A stretch of 64,000 nucleotides of DNA from Octopus vulgaris (taxonomy: Eukaryota): positions 248,001 to 312,000 of the forward strand of contig OX597836.1 in the NCBI GenBank assembly GCA_951406725.2, given 5' to 3'. A program made the position numbers and the translations under genes. This document shows, in pieces, positions 10,203-25,200 of the stretch (positions are counted from its first letter, which is position 1; the number at the start of each line of letters is the position of its first letter). Below the pieces are notes generated by a model. It did not search any database. It was not told the origin of the DNA and saw only the letters and a program-made list of their open reading frames with translations.

Positions 10203-13200
10203 CTATTGTAGAAGACAAAAATAGAGAATAAGCCAGGTATTTAAAAACTGAGACCGATAACAACAGCCATAAAATATTGTTGCAATGCCTATGTAAATGA
10301 GGCAGGTGTTGGTGGATTATCAACTAATGACTGTAAATATTCACATAACTCTACTTAGTAATTTTTTTCTTTATCCTTGTTTTTGTAAACAGTGAAGTCA
10401 GTGTTTTGCTGATGAGGTCATAATAATAATGAAATATATCAAGAGTTATCTCCCATACTTGGTTAAATAATAAAATACTCTAAGTCACTGACTCATTGTT
10501 TTTTTTTACCTTACCACATTTATATCCAATGGTTTATTAATGCATACTACATTAAGTATTTTAATATCAATTAAACTACATAATGATGTGAAAGAGTACA
10601 ATCTGTGCAAACAAGTAACGGTCTTTGTGAGCAAGGAATAAATGCAAAAAGCCCACAAAGTAGAATAAGTTAGTTTGCCATGAAAAGAAAAAGCAGATCT
10701 AATGGAGCTTTTCATTGGTTAAGAAGTGGGTTTAGGTGTCATCCCAATGCATGGTGCCATGAACAAGAATCTACCACCCATAGCCTGAGGTTGACCAATG
10801 CTTTGTGCAAAAACCTTATTTATATAAACAAGTCAATTGTGACATCAAAGTGGCTGTTCCATTACTAGTTTAACCCCAGGCAGATCTTCTGCCAGCTGGT
10901 TACTGGTGCAAAACTGCACCCTTTCTATTCCATATATATTGCTAGCAGGGAAAGCAAACCCCTACCATCCTCTAGCAGACAACAGGATCTCGAGACTGAC
11001 TTGATTTTGAGCTGCTTGGCTCATCCTCAGTCACAAGTGCCTGGCTCCTAGAGAGAAAGCCAGGCTCTGCTCCGGCCAACAATATATTGTAAACAAAGCA
11101 ACCATCAAAATAGCTGGACGTAAAATTTCAAGAAGAGATCAGAGTAGCAACTATAAATGCACATACGTGTAGACATACATGCACATATATATATATTTAT
11201 TTCTTTATTGCCGACAGGGGAGCTAAACATAGAGGGGACAAACAAAGAGATTAAATTGATTACATCAGCCCCAGTGTGTAACCGGTATTTATTTAATCAA
11301 ACCCGAAAGGATTATAGGCAAAGTCGACCTTGGCAGAATTTGAACTCAGAACATACCAGCAGAAGATATACCTATTTCTTTACTACCCACAAGGGGCTAA
11401 ACACAGAGAGGACAAAGGACAGACAAATGGAATAAGTCGATTATATCGACCCCAGTGCGTAACTGGTACTTATTTAATCGACTCCGAAAGGATGGAAGGT
11501 AAAGTCGACCTCGGCGGAATTTGAACTCAGAACGTAGCAGCAGACGAAATACCGCTAAGCATTTTGTCTGGCGAGCTAACATTTCTGCCAGCTTGCCACC
11601 CTATAAATATACATATGTATATATTACAATGAAACATGCAGGCGCATGCATTTTAATATTCTTAAGTTATTACACCTGGAAAAGTACAGAACAAGATTTC
11701 AACAGTAGAATTTGCCTAATTTGTCACCTCTAAAGGAAATTAAAAAGTACTTAAAATTAAAATTCTATTGTACTTAAAATATTGCAGCCAAGAATAGCAT
11801 TTTAAAAATTTTCTATATTTTATTAAAACATTACTGGGTTTTTCCAAAAATAAGCTTCTGTCCAACATGCCCACTGAAGTCCCCAGCCACGAAGATGAGA
11901 TCCTTGTCATTTGTTTTAGAGGTTGCCTACAAAAGAATATCATAAAAATGGTCCTTCTGTTCATTTAGTAGGCCCACTTGTGGAACATAGGCAGAGATAA
12001 CTGACGCTATGCTATTCTGCATGATGAGCCTGAGCTTAAGCACTTTCACTCATTCTGACTACTTCTATGACCTTATCCACCCATTTCTCTGCAAGAAATA
12101 TGCCCACACTGCATACCCCATCACTGTTACTTTCCCAAAAGATTTTATACCTATGTGTCTTGCCTGTGAGGAGCCTGGCTGAAGCTCCTCTCCACCTTGC
12201 CTCATGGATGCAGCATGCCTTCATTCAAGCAGCTCAATTTCGTTAGACCTACCTTTCAGTGTGCCTATATTGAGTGCCAATCATGAGAACTGGGAAAAGA
12301 GCACGGGAAGGAACATGGGCAAGAGAGATGGTATTGGGCACCTGAAAAGAAGGTTTCAGTGATTGTGTGGTAACAGACATGTCACATCAGTTGGTCTTGC
12401 TTTAACATACCATCAATCAAATATGTTAAAATTGTTGTCCCTATTGGTAGTGAGTAGCATTGTAAATATAAGCGTTATTGCTGCAAATATGAACAGGTTA
12501 ATGTATAAATTAATTATATAACTGATCTGCTATTGGTTAGTCCATTATATATATATATAGGGAGAAAGAGGTAGGTGGTTTGTTAATTTACCAATAATTT
12601 CCTGAGTAATATATCACCATTTGGTGCATGCAGTAGTGTGGGCAAATGTTAGTGGCGGGGAAGGACGGACGAAGGTATACAAGTCTTCTGGTACAGAAGC
12701 AATGCAGAGCCCTGTAGGGGTTTCTGATAGTGTGCTTATTCCTTAATACACACATATATTTCAACACAGCTCCTACATGTCGAATTCCACTCACAAGAAT
12801 TTTGTCAGACTGAAAACTAGTAGAAGGCACTTGTCCAAAGTGTCACACACTGACTTCAAGCCTGAATGTCATCATATTATTGTAAAGTAAACTTCTCAAC
12901 AGCAACAGCCGGCACCTCTGATGTGCAGGATTTTCTTTTGAAATTAGTAGGTTTTTACATATGTAATTTAATGAAAAATATTTGAGAAAATGCACAACAC
13001 TTACTCTCATATTGTCAAATGAGATCCCGACTTTCTCTGAAAACCTGTCGCTAATTATTGGAATCTTGGAGTATCTCTGGCTGAAATGGTTCAGCAGAAT
13101 AAACTTTGCACCCATTTTCATCCCAACATCAATTGCTTGTGACGTTGTGCTGAAATAAAGAATAATATATGAGTGTGAACCATTGTATTAAATTCTAAAT

Positions 13201-16200
13201 ATATATACACAGATGGAATTGCATAAATGTTAAAGTGCTGGATAAAATAAAATGGCTTTGAGTTCAAAATGTTGTTGAAGTTCCCTTTTATTCCTCTGAA
13301 TATATATGAAAATTAGCACCTGTTATGAGTTAGGGGTTATATCAACAAACTATATCACCCCTATCTCTTTGTCACATGTATGATTTAGTAAACAACTGAA
13401 AATCAATGATGCTTAATAGAATACCAAAGAAAGACTGCATAAAGTTATTGACTTTAATGCTGTTAACATTCCAGCTGTAGACATTGGTTTGTTCATTCAT
13501 TCATTTTATGTTTGCTTATTTTGCTTTTTTTTCTCATGGGTTAGACAAATGCATACTGTGATACTGTTTTACAGGCAGATAAAACCGTATCACAGAGAGG
13601 GGTGCTCCAAGAGTGTAGCTGTGAGAATAAGATTAGACTGGGCAAAGTTCAGAGAGCTCCTACCCCTGCTGGCAACAAAGGGCCTCTCTGAGAATGAAAG
13701 CAGATTGTGTGATGCCTGTATGCAAACAGCCATGCTACGTGGCAGTGAAACATGGGGTGTGACTGCCAAGGACATGCGTCGGCTTGAAAGAAATGAAGCC
13801 AGTATGTTTTGCTGGATGTGCAGTGTCATTGTGCATGTTCAACAGAGTGTAAGCCTCTTGAGAGAAAAGTTAGGCATAAGAGGCATCGAATGTGGTTTGC
13901 AAGAGAGAGATGACTGTGCTGGTTGGTCATATGATGTGTATGGATGAGGACAGCTGTGTAAAGAAGTGCCGATTTCTAACTGGAGAGAACCTGTAGTAGA
14001 GGTAGGCCCAGGAAAACATGGGATGAAGCATGATCTTCAAACTTTGAGCCTCAGAGAGGCAATGACTAGTGACCGAGACCTTTGGTGATATGCTATGCTT
14101 CAGAAGACCTGCCAAGCCAAGTGAAATCATGGCTGATGCATATGTCACATAACTGGCACCCATGATGGTAGCACATAAAGAGCACTGTTGGAGCAGTGGG
14201 CATCACTGAGGCAAAGTGATGGAGTTCTGTTTGAGCGTTGGACCTCACAGAAGCAAGGTGGCTGAGTTTGTTTTGAGTGTTGGGCGTCACAGGGTAAGTT
14301 GGCCCAATTCCTTTCAAGTGTTGGGCTTCATGGAGGCAAAGTGGCTGAGTTCCTTTGAAGCATTGGGCCTCACAGAGGCAGTGACCGAGACTCTTGGTAT
14401 TATGTCGTGCTTGAGAAGAAGACCCATCAAGCTGAGCAAAATCGCAGTGGATGTTAAATGATGATGATATCTGTTTTGTTGCTGACTTTTATCTGTTTGT
14501 TTAATGACCTTTTTTATTTCACTAAATGTGTGAAAGCACAAAGCTAAAGAACAATCTGGAAGGGTTAGGGTTAGGGTTTCCCTGTCTTTTGATCATCTTT
14601 TCCATGCAAAAAACCTGAAATGTAACCATTTAAACACACAAGCACACTACCAGCTTTTATTCAGTTTCTCTCAATCAATTCTACATAGAAGGCCATTGGT
14701 CAGCTTGAGGCAACATTAGAAGACATTTGTCCTAGGTACCATGCAGTGAAATGGAACCTGTGACCACACTGTAATAAACTTGCTTATTATGTACAAGTTA
14801 AAAGTTGTTTTGGTAGAATTGTTAGAACCGTGTGCGAACAGAGTGCCGAATGCACTTATGCCACAGGACAAGAAGCCATAATGCTGAAGGGAAACAATAA
14901 TAAAAAAGAACATTCTGACCTACATAGTTTAATGATCAATTCACCAATTTGTCACTTAAGATTTAACAAGATTATAAATAGTCAATCTTATAATAAAGAT
15001 GGATTGGTGTTTCTATGATCTTTGGCTCACAATTTTTAAATACTCTTATTTATTTTTGTCTTGTACATTTTAATATGTCAATTGTAATAATTTTGAAATA
15101 AATATCTGATCATATTATTTTGGTATGTTTATATTGTAAATCCAGTAATGAAACCTATTTAAAAAATGGTTTTATGTATCTATTTTTTCTACATTTTAGT
15201 GTCAAATGGTCATATTGTGGGAATAAAATGATGATCATATATTCTAATTTTCATAAGTCTTGTCTGTTCAGCTTTATGTCCATTCGGCATTGTGTCTGTT
15301 CGCCTTCTTGACCTTCAGCAAAAGTGCATTTGGCATCCTGTCCGTGTACTGTTAGAACATCATTCAAAAGACTTGTGTGCTATTGAGTTATGGCCCTTTA
15401 TCTCCAAAGGTCAAATTCGCCTGTTATCCTTCAAGGATTTACAAAGTAATAGTCATGCATTGCAGTCAGTCTATATTCTTCAAATGCATCCTAAAGGCGA
15501 TTGCAAATAGAGCAGAAATTTAATAGAGACGCTTTGAATATTGTTTTATTTTTAAACCCAAAACAATGCAAGTTTTAAAGAGTTAATAATACAAATTGAT
15601 GGTTAGTACTGTTACATTTTATGACTTCAGCACATTTTCTCTGTAGATTTTCTGAAGGGGTCCTAACCTTGAAACAATGAAAGCCAGCTGATAGTACCAA
15701 CCATTGACCTGTATTATTAATCTTTTTACAACTTGTATTGTTTTCGTTTCAAAAGGACAATATTTAAAACATTTATCAAAGATGCTCTTCTCACCTGTGG
15801 GTTTTGATCTTGGCTTCTTCTTCCAAGTCATCTTCCATTGTAGCTTCATGTATAAGTAGATCACAGTTTTGACCTGAAAGAAGAAAATAGTTATTCATTT
15901 TTAGTGAAAATGTCATGCCTGTTGTTGTTGTTGCTACTACTGTTTAGAGCCGTCAAATCGAACCTGAGAAGTGGGGGGGGGTCAGTAAGACCGAATGGTT
16001 AAGTTTGCTTCACAACTATATGACACTGGTTCAATCCCATTGCACAGTACACTGGGCTACAGCTTCTGTACTGTAGTCTTGAGTGGAATTTGGTAGATGG
16101 AAACTGTGCAGAAACCTCTTGTATATAAAGTGTGTGTGTGTGTGTAACCAACTATAATTTATTTTAATCAGTTTCTTAGATGCTTTTGCCAATGAATATA

Positions 16201-19200
16201 CATCAATAAAAGTTGCAAATATGAGTGAGGAACGGTCCATCAACACCAAAAAAAAAAGATGATTGTTCTCTAAATGAATGCTTTGCAATATTTGTTCTGC
16301 ACTGAGTTATACATACTCTTGTCACTCTTGACATCACAGGTGCAATGAACCGGTGATTAAGCCAAAGCATATATGTAACCTCCTCAACATCATTGCTTTA
16401 ATATCCGATTTTCCATGGCTGCATGGGTCAAACAGAATTTTTTCAGGCATATTATTTACAGCCAGATACCCTTCCTGATGCCAACCACCCTTCAGGTAAA
16501 TGCCCCTACATGATATGTAGAAAAGATGTAGGCAGGAATTCCATAGAGTGTACCAAGTGCAAGCTATCAACACACGAGAGATACAGTGGAATTATGGAAT
16601 GGTTAACTGAAAAAGTAGTGTTTGTATGTGAAAGATGCTGAGGAGCCATAAACACAAAAATTACATGGGGAAACTGACTTTCTCAAATGCCCTGGAGGTT
16701 CCTGCGAGGCAGTAGATAGTTTCTGCTACCTGGGACTAAATTAGCAATGGATGAGGACATTCTGAAAGTATAGTTACTAAAATCAGAAAAGGATGGAGAA
16801 AGTTCACAGCACTATTACCTCTCTTGGCAACAAAAAAGTCTTTCTCATAAAGTAAAAGGCAGATTGTATGATCCTTGTATGGCAGTAAAAATGCAGAGGA
16901 CATGCAAAGACTAGAGAGTCGAAAAGGTCTGCAGAGCTGGAGGAGAAAAGACGACGACGGAAGGAGCGCCAACAACAACCACTAGATGTCCGCACTGCGA
17001 CCGGTCTTTTCAAGCAAGAATTGGTCTTATCGGTCACCTACAGACTCACCAGTAAATCTGCGCGAAGACCATCATCCTCGACCTTGAGGGATTGCCATCG
17101 CATATGGATGAGAACAGCTGCATAAAGAAGTGCAGGTTCCTGAAAGTAAATAGAACTTATGGAAAGGGAGTCCCTGGAAGACATTAGACATCGTACTAAA
17201 GGCTGATCTCAAAATGCTATTAGTAAAGACTGATCTCATGGTGGAGATGATAAAGAATCAACATGATGGTGATTTACTGTGTTCAAGAAGGCCAGTTCCT
17301 CTCAACAGAAAATGATGTCCTAAAGCTACTTGGGTTATGCTTTTATGTGCAGGGCCCTGCCCCTCCACTCATTCTGTTCTGTCAAGCATTTCCTACATTT
17401 CAATCCCTGTTCTATCTATAGCTCTACCCACCTGCAGCAATCACTCAAGAGCAGAACTGGCATATATTACAGCCTCACTACCTTTCTTTGAACTTCTTTG
17501 CTGGAACCATTTCCATCTCTGATTCACATTATTTCCACCAATCCTCTTTCTAGGCTTTCAAACATCACACTCTCTCCTCTGCCACACTCCATCTAAACAC
17601 CTCTCATTTCTGTTATCATTCTCAACACACATTCATATTAGCTATCATACCATTCCACCCCTCCTCCTGCTACTCCTACACATCATCCCCCTATTTTATA
17701 ATCTATTCTCCTACTCTGAGCCATTCCTATCTTTCCTACCTTACCCTCTCTCCATATTCGTGCTACCCATCAACTGTATCTCTACCCTTGTTCATCATTC
17801 ACAACTTTCACTTACACCTAACCATCTCATACTCTCCCCTCACACTCCTATGAAACTACTCCCACCACCACCACCACCACCAGCCATTGTCTCTATCTTC
17901 TCTTATACTCATCTTCTTTTATCTCAAGATGTTCTGTTATCTTGTCACCACTATCTCTGCCTCCTTTCCACCCATTTTCCCACCCACTCTCTATAAATCT
18001 AATGTGGCGTAGCCATGTATCTCCTCTATAACAAAACAGTTGCGCTTGTTACTCTACCATATTTCAGTCTCTCAACACTTGGCATAAACCCACCATTCCT
18101 CTTAAATACTACCCCACCGCCACTTACATGACGGGGCTTTGTCTTGCATGTTACTTAGGGATCTCACTAGAGCTGGTTGCTCAATAAAAAAGCACCCAGT
18201 ACATTCTGTAAAGTGGTTAGCATTGCAAAGTGCATCATACAGGGAAACCATGCTAAAGATGACACTGGAGCTCGACATGGCCCCAGGGCACACCAGACCC
18301 TATCAAAACGTTCAGCCTATGCCAGCATAGAAAACATTCTTTATAGGATGACAATGATTATATATTTATATTTCAGTTTCTATCTACCAAATCCACTCAT
18401 AAGAGTGGATTTGATAGCCCAGAGTTATGTAGAAGACACTTGTCCAAAGTGCCATAGAGTGGAACTGAACTTGAAACCAAGTGATTGGGAAGCAAACTTC
18501 TTTACCACACAGCCATGCTTATAAGAGATAGAAATAAGTAACTAACCAGCATTAATGAGCCGTTCACAGGGCATTGTGTCTCCAGAATAGACCACTGACC
18601 AGTTAGAGGTATGAGCTAAAACTACTCCAAATGCATTTTTACAGTGGTCAACCTCAACAGGGACAAACTAAAAAAAACAAAAGAAAACCTAAAGGGATTA
18701 AAAAATGTCAGTTCATACAGCATTGTACGTTTACACATATAGACTACATTGTCACCAAGAATGGCACAAAAGGACCATTGCACATACTAAAACCAGGGAA
18801 GCACACAGATTCAAGAGGCATATGCCACGACAGACACAGAGTCATGAATCAGATACCAATATACATTATTCACAAGTAACAAAAGTAGTAGTAGTAGTAG
18901 TAACAATTCTTACCTTTGACAATTGTAAGGCATTTAGAACTTCTGTGAGCATTTCTCTATTCACTTCTGATTGATGAGGTAATATACTCTGCAGAGGAAT
19001 TAATCTGGAAGTGAAGACAAAAACAGCTCATGTGAATATAGAATTGTTTTAACATCCACTTCTCCATGCTTCAATGGATCAGTCAAAATTGAGCTGAGAT
19101 TTTTTTTCTAATTGTATCCTCTTCCTCTTCCCAAACTTCATCTATTTTCATGCAAGTTAATATTTCCCCTAATCCTTTGAACTTCATTCAATGATTACTG

Positions 19201-22200
19201 ATTTTATGGTTTCCTCTTCAGTACCTCATCATAAGTTCTCATGATGATGATAATGATGACATACAGCAGTTTGGCAAGATCAAGACTCCAAATGAGAGAA
19301 GAGGTAGCATTTTACATGTGCATGTGGCATTTTGATGTACCACATGCATTGCATTATAGTAGAGTAGGTCACACACACACACACACACACACAGAAAGAG
19401 TTTCCGAAATGGCTTTTTTTTTGTCAAATAAATCCTACTCAAAAGTTAATAATCAACCTCAGGCAATGGCAGAAGACACTGGTCCAAAGTGCCACAATGG
19501 AATTGATTCCAGAAATACATGTTACTGAACCAAATTTCTTAACTGCACAACTATCATCATCATCATTTAACATCCGTTGTCCATGCTGGCATGGGTTAGA
19601 TGGTTTGACAGGGGCTGGTAAGCTGAGGGGTTGCACAAGACTCCAGTCTAATTTGGCATTGGTTTCTATGGCTGGATGCCCTTCCTAACGCCAACCACTC
19701 CAAGAGTGTAATGAGTACTTTTACGTGCCACTGGTATGGGTGCCATTTGTATGACACCAGTATCTGCCATGACTGCGATTTTGCTCAGCTTGATGGGTCT
19801 TCTTCTCAAGCACGACATAATGCCAAAGTCTTGATCATTGCCTCAGTGAGGCCCAATGCTCAGAAGGTGCTCTTTACATACCATCGGCATGGGTGCCAGT
19901 TACGTGACACCAGCATCGGCCATGACTATGATTTCACTTGGCTTGACAGGTCTTCTGAAGCATAGCATATCACCAAAAGGCTCGGTCACTAGTCATTGCC
20001 TCTGTGAGGCTCATGGTTTGAAGATCTAAGGCCCTTCAATTCTAGACCTTGCTTCCATACCTAGAACTTCTTCCCTAGTTCTGGTAGTGATTCAGCTATA
20101 AGAACAAGGTCATCAGAACAGAGGAGCTCCCAGGGGCAGCCTGTCTTGAATTCCTCAGTTACTGCCTGAAGGACTATAATGAACAAGAGGGGGCTTAGCA
20201 CTGATCCTTGGTGAATTCCCTACTTGTACCCTAAATTCTTCGCTGTACTCATTACCAACCATCACCTTACTGGTAGCATCTCCATACATAGCTTGTACAG
20301 CTCTCACCAACCACTCATGTATCCCTAGTTTCTACATTGACCACCAGATAAAGGATCAGGGGACCCTGTCAAAGGCTTTCTCCAAGTCAACGAAGGCCAA
20401 GTAAAGAGGTTTATCTTTGGTTATGTATTTCTCCTGAAGTTGTGTTACCAGAAATATAGCATCAGTGGTGCTTCTCCCTGGTACAAAACTAAATGCATCT
20501 TATCTAAGTTAACTATCTCCCTAGTTAGTTGGGCTATAACTCTCCACCATGCCCGTGCAATTTCCTTGTATAATTCTAAGCATTATCTTGTTTCTAATGT
20601 GGCTGTCTTTAGAAAAGTAACAGAATCAGATTTCCAACTGTTCTGCCCAGTTCAAATGGTTTAATCATGTCTGCCCTGTAAGTCTGTTTACCATTCAATG
20701 AGGAAAATAAACTCAACTCAATCTCAGAACTTGCAAGAAGTGTCAAATTTTATTGCAAGCTATTAAAACTTGCTGGTGTTAAACTGCTGTCACAGATTAC
20801 AGTAGTGTGATTTCTCACTTTGTGGAACCCTCTTAAAGCTTTTTTTTCTTATCTGAGCTAGAGGAAGATGGGCAGTGTCCTTCAGCTTTTTATAGAGTCT
20901 TTGTTACTGGTGCAAGAAGTGGGGAAAGCTCTTCAAACTCTAATAACACAAACATATTCTGAATACTTGATGAAGAGTGAATTCAACTGAATGTACCCAA
21001 GGGACAGGTGGTAAAGTTAAACTAGGCAACAGCTAACAGTCAGACTCAGCCTGCGGTTATTCCTCTCAATGTTAGTATAACGATACTACACTCTATGTAT
21101 AAAATACTTACTTTACAGCCTGCTGTAAGTTCTCAATGTTTGACATGTAGAAATTTAACCAACGTCTAATCTGAACAGGTGAAAGCAGCAGAACAGGATT
21201 TACAGTTTCTTTACAATTTTTGATATATTTTTGACGATCACGTAGAATACCAAACAAGCCCTAAGGATGCAGAAAAAAATAATAAAAAAAAAAAGAATAG
21301 AATATCAAATATTGTCAGTTTAAAAATCAAATCAAAAGTAAGAACCTGGATAATTAATTTATTACAACCATAAATTTTTGGGAAGGGTTATAATTGATTA
21401 TGTCAACTCCAATATTTAACTGGTCCAACATTTTATTGCCTCACCACTCTCAGAAATACAAACGGTAAAGTTGACTTTACTAGAGAAAGGAGTTGAAGAT
21501 AAGTTTACAATAATAAGCATTTTAAGGTCATTTTTTCACACCAAACAGCAAAGGTGGTTCCCTTTGCAGCAGCTCATCACAGTCTCCTCCATTTTGCTCT
21601 ACTCTCTACCTTCCCTACTGACAAAAAACCCATTTACCCTCAGTTTTTTACCACCTCACCCTCAGTCATATCTTTCTTGCTCTTCCCTTTCCTATACAAC
21701 TACATTCGGCATTTATTTCCATCACTCTTCTCAATCACTGCCGTCTTTCCCCAGCATATGATCCTGCCATCTCCTTTCACAACATCCATCACTAGCTCCA
21801 AATCCATCATCCTCTGAAATTCATTGTTTGTGGTTTTTGTTAGTCTAAATATCCAGCAGTATTTCGTTTCAACCCCTCTGTATTCTGTGTTAAAACCATA
21901 CCTGAGTAGTCTTTGCCTTTTATCCCACGTTCCCTCTTCAGCTATGTATCGTGATTGATTTAATCAACTGTAAACCCCACCACATTCCTTTCACTATAAA
22001 TCTCCAGATATCAGAAAAATATTATTATTAATAGGAGTTGAGAGAATCAGTTGAGTGTTGGACCAAATAAACAGAATTATTTAGTTTTGTCTCATTTCCA
22101 GATCAAATGTCACCTGAGTTGACTTTTGCTTTTTTCACCTTTCAGTGATGAATAAAATAAAATAGCAGTCAAATAAAGGAATCAGCTTAATCATCCATTC

Positions 22201-25200
22201 CTGTAAATTAGTCAACTTCACTGATAAATAAAAATAAGTAATGATCAAATACTGGAATTGATTTACCCAATGACAACTTCTCTCTTACAAATCAACATTT
22301 AACTCTGAAATTCCTATGGTGTTGCCTTCTCCCTAGAAATCTCCCAATCCCAATGTGGTTTTTCAATAGTTCTTGTTCATTTTTACTTGTCAACTGCTCA
22401 GTTGAATAAAGGTGTGTCAATTATAGGCAGGTGATACTGATTCTTGGGCACTGAATTCCTGTCTTACAGCTGAATTTATCTCAGTAGTCTATGTAACTTG
22501 GAAGCTGCACATCTAGCATCAGAAAAAACAGTCCCAGATATGCTTTCATCTCCTCCATTGATAAACTGAAGGTGATGTCGACCTATTGATGCTGCACAAA
22601 CCTTCAGGCCTCTTTGCTCATCCAGACAGAAATTTCCCCAAGGAAAAGTTGAGGAAAATACTCAATGGACTTTGCCTCGAAGTTGAAAGGTTTTCTTGTA
22701 CGGAGCACATCACTAACAAAAGCACCAATGAAATTATTAACTATGCAGTCATTCCACTCCTGTTCAGAACTGATAAATTCTCATCATCGTTATTTAACGC
22801 ATGCATCTTCAGTCTTCCATGCTGGTGTGGGTTGGATGATTCAACAAGGTGTGACAAGCCAAAGGATAACATCAAATGGCAATACCTGCTTTGACATGGT
22901 TTCTGTGGCTGGATGGCCTTCCTAACACCAACCAGTTGGAAGAGTCATAAAAGGATGAGTTGAGTGGGAAGATTTCATAAAGACAGATTAGGTGGAGGAG
23001 CACAGACCTAAATGACATGCTTTAAGGGCCTCATTTTTGCTGAGACGGATGCGTCTTCTTGAGCACAGCATGTCACCAATCATCTCAGTTGTTTCTCATC
23101 ACCTTCATGAGGCTCAACATCTTCAGATTGGCCTTTACTACTTTCTTCCATGTCTCCCTGAATTTCTCACTTCCACAAGCTATATCCATTTAGCAAATGA
23201 CACTTCTTTATACACCTATCCTCTTCCATCCACACCACACGACCATATATACACTACATCTAATGACTCTTATGCCCAATTTTTATCTCAGCATTTGCAC
23301 ATGCACACTGACACTGCACATGTAGCAGAACAGGTTAGCTTCATTTCTTTCTAGTCTTTGCATTTCCTCTGCATTCACAGCTTCTTAACATGTAGCATTG
23401 CTGTTCATACATAAGCATAATACAATCTGCCTTTCGGTCTGAGAAACAGACTTTGTTACCAACAGAGTTAACAGCTCCCTGAATTTTTCCACTTGGTTCT
23501 CATTCTGGAAGTATATCTGTCATAACATCCTCTTCCATCGTTAATTAGGTTATCAAGGTAAAAGAAACTCTCAACTACTTCGAAGGATCTTCTTGGGTTT
23601 TTGAGAAAATTTATTTCCTTTGTGTTCTTGGTGTTTATTGTTTCAATGCTTCTACCACAAAGTTCTCTGTTAAGCAGCCAATGATTCTACTGCAACTCTT
23701 ATGCATCCACTGTTTTCACTGAAAACACCATACGGAATATCTACCTGTACCTTTTCTACATACCAAACATCCATTTATCTGAAGGGATTAGCGTCCTGTC
23801 TGTTTCCCTACTAACCAGAACTTTAGTCTTAAGTTAACTTTAAGGCCCTTTGATTACTTGGTATTTCTTTTGTAATTCTACTACAGATTTAGTTCTATGA
23901 ACAGAGGAATTGCCACAGGCAACCAATCTTAAATGATCTAATCAGAATCACTTAACAATGGTGTGAAAAGACTCGAAAATATTACTCTGATTATTTCCTC
24001 AAAGTCCAAATTGTCTTTCTCCAATTAAATTATTAAAAAATAAATAAATCAATAATATCACTAAATTTTAACTATTCTGAAACTGAAGAAAAAAAAAATT
24101 CTGATACTTTTACTATTGAAAATCCAAATGTACAATCTTCACCGTTATTAACATAAAATTCCAAAACATCTGTGAAATGTATTCCTACAATGCTGCAATG
24201 CCACCTCTAGCATAGGCACAACTATGCTTACCTAATTGTTGATGATGTTATCTGCTTCTCAAATGCATTGGTCCCTTTCTATTGCACCAACTGCTGTGCA
24301 TTTTCTTATTCTACCTTCATAATCCTATTACCTCACAACAGTAGAAAATTGCCAGTGAATTGTTCAAAAAAGATGATCACACATTATTTATCAATTATCA
24401 TTTTTGAGGAAGATCATTCTAAAATTAGGTGAAACATTGTTCCTTGCACAAAAGAGTGCTTGGTTCTTGTTTCTTAGTCCCAAACCACAAAACTTCTTCA
24501 ACTGCAGTTATGTGTGGCTCAAGACCTGGTACTACTGCTTAATGAATTCATTACAACCTAAGAATGGTTGTTTTGATTAATATTTGTTATAAGAAACAAT
24601 GTGGTTAGCAAAAGACAAGTATAAGAATCATAGATTTTCTTGAAAAAGTCAAGACGAGAGAAGTATGAAGGTTATGGTAACATAAACAAAAAAAACCATT
24701 ATCACCACTAATAAGAGAAACTATCAAGAAATTCTCTTGAAGCAACATACCATGTGGTGATCAGCATGCATATGAGAAATGAAAATGGCTTTCAGATTGC
24801 GTAGGATGTGGGCAGAATTTTCTTCACCATAATGCCGATAAAGTTGACCAGCAGTTCCTTCTCCACAGTCTAACAATACGTAGTTGTCTGGCCTGTAAAC
24901 AAAATAAAAAGATTGGGAGAGAGTGAAAAAATAATGATGAAGGGTAGATTTGTTCACAACTTATCATTTAAAATGCATTTTTACCTCAGTGAATAGAATA
25001 CATAATAAAATGAACAGCAAAACTAGAATAAGGTCAAGGCAATAGTGTGTGTGTGTGTGTGTCAATGTTCACTGAGTTTGCATTGGGTAGATTCCAACCA
25101 GTGGAACGACAGCACTACAAACAAAAGCTAACCATGATTGGCAATTAAGGTTTTGTCCACTGTTAATCTGTCTGTCTCTCTCTCTCTCTCTGCTTGCATT

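Noticed and set aside
14561-14579. TTAGGG telomeric repeats (also near 46503-46515)
   Set aside because: Only two to three units; too short to call an interstitial telomere.
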